Of a stretch of DNA of 64,000 nt, positions 53,197-61,564 are shown one piece after another. The stretch lies in the NCBI GenBank assembly GCA_964524145.1, contig CAZGCA010000005.1, forward strand, positions 31,038 to 95,037. The letters run 5' to 3'. Position 1 is the first letter of the stretch. Every line of letters starts with the position of its first letter. The notes under the pieces are model-generated. The model saw nothing but the letters and a program-made list of their open reading frames with translations, was not told the DNA's origin and did no database searches. A program made the translations under genes and the position numbers. This DNA is from an uncultured bacterium. GTDB taxonomy: Bacteria > Hydrogenedentota > CAZGCA01.

Positions 53197-54765
53197 TCAC
53201 TCCTGCGAGAACAAACCGCGTTTCGTCGCGCGCCGTATGCCCCACGCGAAGAACAGAAACATGCCCACGATGAGCGCTCGCGCGGCCCACAGGTACGGCT
53301 TGTCGGCGGCATCCTTGCCTTTCATCAGGAAGGTGTCGACGCCGTCGGTCACGATCCACCACGTAAGTATAGTGCCAATGAGCAGGGGAGTGACGTACTT
53401 GAAGACGTAGCGGAACACATTCGGCACTCTCAGCTCGGCTCCGCGGTGAAGTTCGTCCCATCCCTTCTCGATCCCGAACAACCAGCAGAACACGATCACC
53501 TCGATGAACGCGAACAGCGCGAGGCCGATGGTGCCCGCCCAGAAATCCATCTCGTCGAGAAACCCGTGTTTGAGAAACAAGACCGTCGGCATCGCGAATA
53601 CCAGTATGCCGACGCACACAATGCCTGTTGCACGTTGCCGGGGATACTTCAGCTCCTCCTGGAAGAAGACCACCGCCGGCCGAAACAGAGCGACCGACGA
53701 TGTCGCGCCCGCAAGAAACAGCAACAGGAACCACATCGTGCCGAACAGTCTGCCCCCGGCCATCTGCTGGAAGATCACCGGCATCGTCTGGAACGCGAGG
53801 TTAAACGAACCGCCCTCCGCGATGAGTCGCGCCTGTGCCGCCCCGAAAAACACCACCGTCGCGGGTATCGCGATGGTGCCGCCGAGAATAACCTCTGCCA
53901 TCTCGTTTGTGCCTACCGTTGCGAGGCCGCTCAAGGCAATGTCCTCGTCGTGCCTGACATGGCTCGCGAACGACTGGACGATGCCCAGCCCAAGGCTCAG
54001 AGTGAAGAACACCTGGCCAGCCGCAGTAACCCACACAGTGGGATCCGCCAGCTTCCCCCATGCCGGCACCCAGACGAACGCGAGCCCCGCGCTCACGTTA
54101 CGTTCGGGGAACGAAGGGTCCGGCGTCCCGAGTGTCAGCACTCTCACGAGAAGGACAACCGCTAACACAAGAAGCGTCGGCACACCGACCTTCGCGAGCA
54201 GTTCTATGCCGCGAGAGAGGCCGCGGCGCATGATGTACGCATTGAAAAGGAACGTTAAACCAAAGAAGATGAGTGCCGGGGCAAACGAGCTGAAGTACTC
54301 GTTCGTCTCGACGTGCTGGTAGCCGCGCAGGAATGATCCCATCCCCGCACTGGTGGCGGCGCCAAAGTACTTTCCCGTCAACGAATAGAACGCGAACCCG
54401 AGACACCATGACTCGACGTAGATGTAGTACAGGCCAATCATCGTCGGCAGAACTATGCCGAGCACGCCGAGATACTTCGATGCGGGCGCATGCCACAGCC
54501 TGTGGAACATGCCCGGCGTTGTGCCGTGCCCATACCCGCCGCCACGACGGCCAATGCTCCACTCGACCCACATGAGCGGTATGCCCATGAATAATAGGGC
54601 GATGAGGTAAGGTATCATGAATGCGCCGCCACCGTTTTGGGCCGCCTTGGTGGGGAACCGCAGGAAGTTTCCCAACCCAATGGCATTGCCGGCCATCGCG
54701 AGCACGAGCCCAATTCGCGTGGCCCACCGCTCCCGTTCATGATGCTCGTGCATTTGCCTCACCAT
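53197..54765 (-). CDS. Neurotransmitter:sodium symporter (NSS/SNF, LeuT-like) family transporter
   Basis: WATRIGLVLAMAGNAIGLGNFLRFP is the NSS TM1 signature. About 520 aa with 12 TM. Confidence 0.85.
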   Translation of the reverse strand: MVRQMHEHHERERWATRIGLVLAMAGNAIGLGNFLRFPTKAAQNGGGAFMIPYLIALLFMGIPLMWVEWSIGRRGGGYGHGTTPGMFHRLWHAPASKYLGVLGIVLPTMIGLYYIYVESWCLGFAFYSLTGKYFGAATSAGMGSFLRGYQHVETNEYFSSFAPALIFFGLTFLFNAYIMRRGLSRGIELLAKVGVPTLLVLAVVLLVRVLTLGTPDPSFPERNVSAGLAFVWVPAWGKLADPTVWVTAAGQVFFTLSLGLGIVQSFASHVRHDEDIALSGLATVGTNEMAEVILGGTIAIPATVVFFGAAQARLIAEGGSFNLAFQTMPVIFQQMAGGRLFGTMWFLLLFLAGATSSVALFRPAVVFFQEELKYPRQRATGIVCVGILVFAMPTVLFLKHGFLDEMDFWAGTIGLALFAFIEVIVFCWLFGIEKGWDELHRGAELRVPNVFRYVFKYVTPLLIGTILTWWIVTDGVDTFLMKGKDAADKPYLWAARALIVGMFLFFAWGIRRATKRGLFSQE

Positions 54766-55066
54766 GTCACTCCACGTTTACGACCAAGGTCATTCCTCCC
54801 CATCCATTGGCACTAATTTATATGATCATTGACAGAGGATAGTCAAGAACGGCGGCGAGCGCTTGAACAGCTATTTGCGTTGCTGAAGGATTCCGACCCG
54901 CTGTTTGATTACTGGATTATCGGACCAGGTATTTCTCGCAGATCTTCGCGTGGAAGAGAGTACAAATCCCAAGAGCAGCGCTGCGATGACCAGCACCACC
55001 ACGACCAAGCCAACCTTCTCCCTGCTCGTCATCTTTTCATCCCCCGCAGATTCGGATGCTTACTAC

Positions 55067-55492
55067 TTAGGAACCGGGTCGGTTCTTGCCGAGTTTCTTC
55101 TCGAGAAGATCATGTGTTGAGACGGCTTGCTTCGCCTGGAGTTTCTTGATTTCAGCCGCTGCTTGGGCAGACTCGCGGGCAAGTTCCTCCGAACACGACT
55201 CGCACAACCGCAACGTTGCGCTTATCGCGGGCTTGCCGCACCTGCCGCATTTAACGTCGTGTGCCACGGCGTCCGAAAGAATCCGGCCCTCCTCCAGGAA
55301 ACGCAGTATCCTTCGTTCAGACACCCCTGTGGATTCGGCGAGCTCTGGTACCGCCTGGTTTGGATTCTCGCGCAGCGCATCGTTTACCGTCTCGAAATCC
55401 TTCTCATCCTGCTCGAGACAATCAGGACATATAACTCCGCCTCCAGCGTTTTGAAACAGCCTCTTGCACCTTGCACAGTTTGTGAGTCCCAT
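55067..55492 (-). CDS. YvyF-like zinc-ribbon flagellar-operon protein (TIGR03826-like, putative)
   Basis: CARC...CPDC and CGRC...CESC zinc-ribbon pairs flank a helical middle region. About 140 aa, matching the architecture of Bacillus YvyF located upstream of flgM. Confidence 0.35.
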   Translation of the reverse strand: MGLTNCARCKRLFQNAGGGVICPDCLEQDEKDFETVNDALRENPNQAVPELAESTGVSERRILRFLEEGRILSDAVAHDVKCGRCGKPAISATLRLCESCSEELARESAQAAAEIKKLQAKQAVSTHDLLEKKLGKNRPGS

Positions 55493-55517
55493 CGTCCGCT
55501 CCCTTCCCGACTCCTCT

Positions 55518-56345
55518 TCAGGCGGGCTTCTGACACTTCACAGTGCTCAGAACGACCTCGGCGTTACCTTTGACGCCGGCTTTGACAATGCTGCCGTTAG
55601 GTTCCACAAGAAACGACGCAGTCAACGACTCCACCGGTTTGCCTTCAAACAACAAAGAAGCATGATCGCACTCCGAATGGTCAAGCGCGACCGTAACCTC
55701 GGCGAGCATTTTTCCCGAACTGAGCACCGGCCGCGAGACATCTTCCTCGACAGACTCTATCCTGAACGTGCCGCAACCGACCAGATACTTGTCCTCGACG
55801 CCGTCTGCCGTCAGAACCACAAGCACCTCGGGCCTCTGCATGAACGCTCGCCTTTCTTCCTGGAGAAACCTGTTGATCTCCGTGTCGGGATCGTCGGAAT
55901 GTGCTCTTAGATGCGCTACCCGCTCCTGCATCCACGACGTCATTTCGAAAACCGCGGCAAAGTTCCGCGCTTGTATCGCCTCTATATACTCTCGGACGCG
56001 ACCTGCCGAAGGACCGAGCTCACCCTCATCCTTCTCCGGGCCATCGTCTTCCACTGCGACAAGTGTCTCATGAGCTTCCTGGGTTTCCCGTCCCGCATCC
56101 CGCCACAGCTGCTTATCCCTGCGGCTGATCAAAACCAGCGGCACGAGAACGAGGCATACGATGATTACCAGGATCCAGTTGCGATTCCTGACGCGTGCAA
56201 GGTCATTATCGGTGACGCCTCGCCCCTCGCGAGCGTACTTGCGTACCATCACTGTCCCCAGCCTGTCATGGTCGTGCCCAGAACACCCCCCCCGTCTTCG
56301 GCCACGTCTCCCGCTCGTTACCGAACAGCACGCGCTGTTCTCCAA
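55518..56345 (-). CDS. Membrane-anchored hypothetical protein. The real start is probably ATG 56249.
   Basis: Single TM (WILVIIVCLVLVPLVLI) after a short cytoplasmic N-terminus. No recognised domain. Confidence 0.4.
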   Translation of the reverse strand: MENSACCSVTSGRRGRRRGGCSGHDHDRLGTVMVRKYAREGRGVTDNDLARVRNRNWILVIIVCLVLVPLVLISRRDKQLWRDAGRETQEAHETLVAVEDDGPEKDEGELGPSAGRVREYIEAIQARNFAAVFEMTSWMQERVAHLRAHSDDPDTEINRFLQEERRAFMQRPEVLVVLTADGVEDKYLVGCGTFRIESVEEDVSRPVLSSGKMLAEVTVALDHSECDHASLLFEGKPVESLTASFLVEPNGSIVKAGVKGNAEVVLSTVKCQKPA

Positions 56346-56444
56346 CTGTTAGGCTCTGTCAACGTCGATCGCTTTGCGTCACCGCACATACCATTCTATC
56401 ATGTAACCCGGCGTTGATCAACTGGTCATATTGCGCCGTCTAAA

Positions 56445-56630
56445 ATCTTACCGAAGGAAGTATTGTTGCGCCATATAATATCTTACCATGGGTGGTGGTA
56501 AGATAGTGGTAACGTCCCAAAGGTGGTAGGAGGTCCACTCTACGGTAAGACCTCTGAGTACGAGGAGGACATTGTCGCCTACACGGCGCAATACGAGTGC
56601 TTGACACAGCGCGGTTCGCGTGGTAAGCTG
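56445..56630. promoter_or_regulatory. Array of GGTAAG(A/C) / ATCTTACC half-sites including a perfect 9-bp inverted repeat. Candidate operator or structured RNA.
   Basis: ATCTTACC at 56445 and 56480. Hairpin ATCTTACCA-TGGGTGG-TGGTAAGAT at 56480..56504. CGGTAAGAC near 56536 and TGGTAAGCT near 56621. Confidence 0.4.
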
Positions 56631-57215
56631 TGTCGTGCGGTGGAAAGACGCCTGCACACATAATCGGTCTTGCGTGGGTTGAGGGGCTGGCTTGTGGCTT
56701 TGGAACCGTCCAACTTGCCTGGAGTTCAGCGCGATGGCGCTGCGGTGGGCTACGGATCGAACCCGCCGAGTGGTCTGTTTCCGCGTGTGCTCAACCCTCC
56801 TTCCGGTACATGCCTTGGCCGCGCATCGCAGGTCCATCCTCTGTGTTCCCTCAGTATCGGCTCCCAGAGCGACAATTTTTGTCACCGAGCGACGCGTTTG
56901 GGACGGGAAACTCTCTTGGCCGAGTACCGCGAACCGTCAGCCGAAGCGTTTCGTACGCCCGTCGGCACTGGGGAGGCTGTGATGTATCCGGTTGATTACG
57001 AGAACGTTATGCGGCCCGTAAGCCGATCAAGGGGCCGCTGGAGACAGGCGAGAGGGCCGCTACCGCCTCTATTGGCACGTTGCGTGCTTTTCGATACCCT
57101 GGTCCGTCGGGCTCCTTGAATGGAACTGACATGAGGGAGTGAACTTGACGGTCCTTCCGTTGGGTTGTGAGGTTGTAAGGAAACGGAGTAGCGAACAGGA
57201 AAAGGAGGAAGCGAG

Positions 57216-57680
57216 ATGAGGAAAGACAGAGGTTTCACCCTAGTCGAGTTGATGATCGTGGTTGCGGTGATAGGTATCATCGCAGCGATCGCACTCCCGC
57301 AGTTGCTCCGAAACCGCATGAGCGGTAACGAAGCTGCTGCTATAGGTGCGTTGCGCACGATCACGAGTGCCGAAGTGCAGTTTCAGGCTTCGGGGTTTGC
57401 TGACCTCGATGCCGACAACATCTATGACTATGGTACCCTGGCCGAGTTGCGTACCCCGCCGGGAGGTTCCGAGCCGTTCATAGACGAGGTGCTGGCCGGT
57501 GGTACGAAGCAGGGTTACCTGTTTACGCTGACCGTTGGTGACGAGGCGTACAACGTCACCGCAGTTCCGACCGACCCGGGCCGCAGCGGCGTCCGGAGGT
57601 TCTGGTTGGATGAGAGCGGTGTCATCCGCTTCACCACTGATGGTTCCGACGCCACGGCTGCATCACCTCCGATACAATAA
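57216..57680 (+). CDS. Type IV pilin / pseudopilin (N-terminal methylation motif)
   Basis: MRKDRGFTLVELMIVVAVIGIIAAIALP is a class III signal peptide (G/F cleavage site with Glu at +5). An AGGAGG-like RBS lies upstream. Confidence 0.85.
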   Translation: MRKDRGFTLVELMIVVAVIGIIAAIALPQLLRNRMSGNEAAAIGALRTITSAEVQFQASGFADLDADNIYDYGTLAELRTPPGGSEPFIDEVLAGGTKQGYLFTLTVGDEAYNVTAVPTDPGRSGVRRFWLDESGVIRFTTDGSDATAASPPIQ

Positions 57681-57718
57681 TTCCGGAGATGTGCTGAACA
57701 TAGCCTAGCGTGCACAGT

Positions 57719-57757
57719 GCGGGCGCCCCCTCAGGGAGGCGCCCGCGCTGTTTTTTG
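57719..57757 (+). terminator. Rho-independent terminator of the pilin gene
   Basis: GCGGGCGCC-cctcaggga-GGCGCCCGC stem-loop followed by GCTGTTTTTTGTG. Confidence 0.8.
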
Positions 57758-58179
57758 TGTGCTGGGCAAGGGGCGTATATCTTATGGGGTTGAAGCTCCT
57801 TCCTGCACGCCCTGATGGTGGGAAGTGCCGGGCGAAGGCAACCGCGTCATCACGAGGGGGGTGGAGAGGAAGCTGGAGGCAAAAGTCGGACTCGACGAAC
57901 AGAAACCGGATACAAGACAGTCGCCGCTGGGTAAGTGAGCAACGTATCAAGATGCCCTGTAATCATCTGGAGACGGTGAAGCTAAGTCCGGCGAGGCTCG
58001 GCGGGAAGAGCCACGTCTTACCTTGGGAGGTCTGCATGGTTGTCCGGAACCTTCTACAGGTTGCGTGAGGGGATCGAGCGATTCTTAATCACCGGGATCA
58101 ACAACCCGGTCTTGACAGCGCCTGGCAATACGGGTATGTTACCAGGGAACCGGCAGACGGCGGGCGCGGACACCTCCAT

Positions 58180-58437
58180 ATGTGGAATCCTGGTTCAACA
58201 CAGGAGACACGAAGGAAGGAAGGCGTCATCAAACGAACGCTCTTGGCAATAATCTTATACGCGGCCTTTCTCGCGCCGGGCATCTATGCCGCGGACGACA
58301 TCGTTATCGCCGATTTCGAGGGTGGGAATTACGGCCGCTGGGAAGTCGAGGGGGAAGTCCAAGCTGAGGGCGCGCTACGGCTGGTCGTCGGCCGTATTGG
58401 ACCCGCGCGGACACCATCTCAGCCGGTCAGATGTTGA
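58180..58437 (+). CDS. Short signal-peptide ORF, possibly an N-terminal remnant of a larger secreted enzyme
   Basis: Signal peptide LLAIILYAAFLAPGIYAADD followed by ADFEGGNYGRWEVEGE, then a stop after 85 aa. Confidence 0.3.
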   Translation: MWNPGSTQETRRKEGVIKRTLLAIILYAAFLAPGIYAADDIVIADFEGGNYGRWEVEGEVQAEGALRLVVGRIGPARTPSQPVRC

Positions 58438-58610
58438 CCAGCCTAAGGGCCGAGCGTATGCTCCTTGCAGAGCGCGCCAGAGCGGTTGCGGTCACGTCCA
58501 TATGGAAAGTGCGGCTAAGGTATGTCGGCCACGGGATTGTGCCCCACAACTGGGAAGCAGCCAGCTCTCAATGACAACAGTGGAATACGGTTCATAGAAA
58601 GATTCTCCAA

Positions 58611-60194
58611 GTGCTTATGCGTTCTGTCCGGGCTTGTTTGGTGTTTCTCGTCGCAATTGCTCCAAGCGCATCCTCGGAACAGGATGGGGCGCGCGTGGGG
58701 CAACGCATCGCTTTCCCCATAGCCGAAGACGCCGTTGATTCACCTTACGCCGTAACCGTGAATGGACAATCCATCCCCGTCGAACAGGGAACACGCATAC
58801 AGGCGACGTACTTCGCACGATTCTGGGCAAGCGGGCCCTCGGTAATCACCGTTCGTCCTACTGCGGACACCCAAGCCTCCTTTTCGCTTCGCCCAGATCG
58901 ATACAGCGCCGATGCGAAGATCGAGGCCGGGACGATCACCTTTCAGGTGGCGGACAATACACCGCGAATCCTCAAGGCCGGCGGGCTCCCCTATCTCTTC
59001 CTCTTCCCGGAGCCTCGCTTGCGTGCGCCGGACCCTTCCGCCTCACAGGTAATCGCCATTCCTCCGCACAGCGGCTCCGCCGCCCAACATGCGCGGCGCA
59101 TTCAATTCGCCATAGACCGCATGTCCACGGCTGGAGGCGGCACGGTCTACCTCCAACCCGGCATACACCCTTCGCAGGTGATTCACCTCAAAAGTCACGT
59201 CACCCTTTACCTGGCAGCTGGCACCGTGCTTCAGGGAACCGGCAGTCCCACTGATTATGAGGCTGCTCACGGCCGTCGCACCTTGATTCTCGTCGACCAT
59301 GCGGAGGATGCAGCGATCCGAGGGCAGGGCATCATAGACGGCGCCGGACATATCCTTCAGAAAGAACACGACGCGAAAGGGCATATCATTGACGCGCTTT
59401 CGTGCCGGCGTTTGAAGATTGAAGACGTCCTACTGCGCGATCCCGGGGCGTGGACCGTCCACTTGATCGGGTGCCGCGATGTCGTGATTTCCCGGGTCAA
59501 GATCCTCGGCGATTGGATGCTCGCCAACACGGACGGTGTCGATCCCGACATGTCTGAGAACGTTCTGATCGAAGATTGCTGCATCTACAGCGGCGACGAT
59601 GCCCTGGTCGTGAAGGCCACAGGCAGGCTGGGCCTGAAACGGGCATCGCACCACATCACGGCGCGAAATTGCATTGTCATGACCCGGAAAACATCGTGTA
59701 AGATTGGCACCGAGAGCCGCTACGACATTCATGATGTTCTCTTCGAGAACATTGAGATCGTGGACTCCTCACGCGGCTGCGCTCTATGGATGCGCGATGG
59801 GGCGACCTACTCCGATATTACCTTCAGGAACATCCGGATGAATCTGATGCGGCTTCCTGAGGAGAAGTGGAGCGGTGAAGCCTACCGGGTGAGCATCCAG
59901 GAGCGGGACGGCCAAGGAAAGATGCGGAACATCCTCTTCGATCAAGTCCAGGCACAGTCACCGCACCGCTCCATCCTGTTCAGCAAGATCCCACGCCCTG
60001 TGCGCGGCATCACATTCAAGAACTGTCTGTGGCGCGCTGGCGTGGATGGCACGATTCCCCACATCGAGGTTGACAATGCCGAGGCGATCTCCTTCATCGG
60101 CTGCTCCGTCGAGCGGGAGGGTATTCGTCAGCCCTTCACAAAGCGCTTGGTTCAGGGACCGTCACGGCGCGCCGTCCGTGTGAACGGCAAATAG
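58611..60194 (+). CDS. Glycoside hydrolase family 28 (polygalacturonase/rhamnogalacturonase-like, pectate-lyase fold)
   Basis: Signal peptide and a parallel beta-helix with GH28 motifs NTDGVD, GDD (CIYSGDDALVVKA) and R.K (CKIGTESR). Confidence 0.6.
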   Translation: MLMRSVRACLVFLVAIAPSASSEQDGARVGQRIAFPIAEDAVDSPYAVTVNGQSIPVEQGTRIQATYFARFWASGPSVITVRPTADTQASFSLRPDRYSADAKIEAGTITFQVADNTPRILKAGGLPYLFLFPEPRLRAPDPSASQVIAIPPHSGSAAQHARRIQFAIDRMSTAGGGTVYLQPGIHPSQVIHLKSHVTLYLAAGTVLQGTGSPTDYEAAHGRRTLILVDHAEDAAIRGQGIIDGAGHILQKEHDAKGHIIDALSCRRLKIEDVLLRDPGAWTVHLIGCRDVVISRVKILGDWMLANTDGVDPDMSENVLIEDCCIYSGDDALVVKATGRLGLKRASHHITARNCIVMTRKTSCKIGTESRYDIHDVLFENIEIVDSSRGCALWMRDGATYSDITFRNIRMNLMRLPEEKWSGEAYRVSIQERDGQGKMRNILFDQVQAQSPHRSILFSKIPRPVRGITFKNCLWRAGVDGTIPHIEVDNAEAISFIGCSVEREGIRQPFTKRLVQGPSRRAVRVNGK

Positions 60195-60477
60195 AATGGA
60201 GTATGCACGTTGCGCAGCGGGTTCTTCTCCAGGAGACCAGTGAAGAACTCCTGGGTCAGGTCATGCGCTTCTTCGCCGATGGCGGCACGGCCAAAGTCAG
60301 GTTACTCGCTATCCGCGAACTCAAATCGGTCTGGTAGGCGAAAAACAAGGTAGCGCGGGCGGTCACCGCAGGCAGGCCCAAAAAGGATCTTGTATTTGTC
60401 ATCTGCTTGTGATATCAGGTATACGATTGGGAAGTATTCTTGGCGTTCGAAACAACGATAGATAGGAGGAGTATACG

Positions 60478-61428
60478 ATGCAGAGACTGAGCCGGCGCGG
60501 TGCACTCTTTGTGGCTGTCCTGATCCTTACAGGATGCGCCTCAGAGACTGAGGTTAAAGGGCGGATCGGGATGACGTGCATGGACTTGACCAACCCGTTC
60601 TTCAAGCTGATCTCCAACGTGATGAAGGAGGAGGCTGCCAACTATGGTTACGAGGTAGTGAGTCTGGACGGTAACAATGACCCTGCCAGACAGAACAACC
60701 AACTATCCGATTTTGCGGCCCAAGGATACGACGCCATTTTTCTGAATCCCGCGGACTCGAAGGCGGCGGGCGAAGGCGTGAAGCGGGCCCATGCGGCCGG
60801 CATCCCTGTGTTTACGTTTGACGTGCAGGTTACCGACGAAGAGGCCAAGGGATTGATCGTTACCCATATCGGGAGCGATAACTATCAGGGAGGACAACTT
60901 GCTGCGGAAAGCATGATGGCCGTCACGCACGACGAGGGCAATATCGCCATCATCTCTTATCCGGAGGTGACATCCTGCATACTTCGTGTGAGAGGGTTCC
61001 GGGATTGCCTGGAAGAGAAGAACAGCAAACTCAAGATCGTCACAGAGCTATCCGGCAGGGGGAACCGCGACGACGGGTACAACACCGCGACGGATATTCT
61101 TCAGGCGCATCCCGATATTGTCGGCATATTCGCCATCAACGACCCCTCGGCACTTGGTGCATATGCCGCTGTCGTTAAGGCGCAGCGGGAGAAGGACATC
61201 ACGGTAGTCGGCTTTGACGCGTCACCCGCGGGCAAGCAGGCTGTTTTCGAGAGAAAGCTGTACGATTCGCCACAACAGTTCCCACGCAAGATGGCCACCG
61301 GTACCGTCGATGCATTCATCAAGTATCTCGAAGGCGAACCGATACCCAAACAGATCTTCATTCCTTGTGCACACTACCGACATGAAAACGCTGTCACCGA
61401 CGAAGCGCGTATCAAGGAGCAGTGGTAG
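60478..61428 (+). CDS. Sugar ABC-transporter substrate-binding lipoprotein (RbsB/LacI-type periplasmic binding protein)
   Basis: Lipobox ILTGCAS and a type-I PBP fold (GRIGMTCMDLTNPFF...YDAIFLNP...IGSDNYQGG). Confidence 0.65.
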   Translation: MQRLSRRGALFVAVLILTGCASETEVKGRIGMTCMDLTNPFFKLISNVMKEEAANYGYEVVSLDGNNDPARQNNQLSDFAAQGYDAIFLNPADSKAAGEGVKRAHAAGIPVFTFDVQVTDEEAKGLIVTHIGSDNYQGGQLAAESMMAVTHDEGNIAIISYPEVTSCILRVRGFRDCLEEKNSKLKIVTELSGRGNRDDGYNTATDILQAHPDIVGIFAINDPSALGAYAAVVKAQREKDITVVGFDASPAGKQAVFERKLYDSPQQFPRKMATGTVDAFIKYLEGEPIPKQIFIPCAHYRHENAVTDEARIKEQW

Positions 61429-61564
61429 GCGCGCTTACGCGTTGCACGCGTCGCCCACCTTAGGGGCCCCCGATCTCAAACACAAACAAATGGCAGGAGG
61501 CATCCATTTGCGAGGTGTCGCGTGAGATTGTGGGGCTCTCAGACTGCTCGTGCCCCGGGCAATC

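Noticed and set aside
52930-54165. 411-aa plus-strand ORF overlapping the NSS transporter
   Set aside because: It is antisense to a gene with an unmistakable NSS TM1 signature and is an Arg/His-rich artefact.
56400-58180. tmRNA, RNase P RNA or SRP RNA in the two ORF-free regions
   Set aside because: The universally conserved motifs are absent: the RNase P GGAAAGUCCGG and AGGGUGAAA elements, the tmRNA tRNA-like 3' end with a CCA-proximal T-arm, and an ANDENYALAA-type tag ORF. Only weak partial similarities were seen by eye. A covariance-model scan is still needed.
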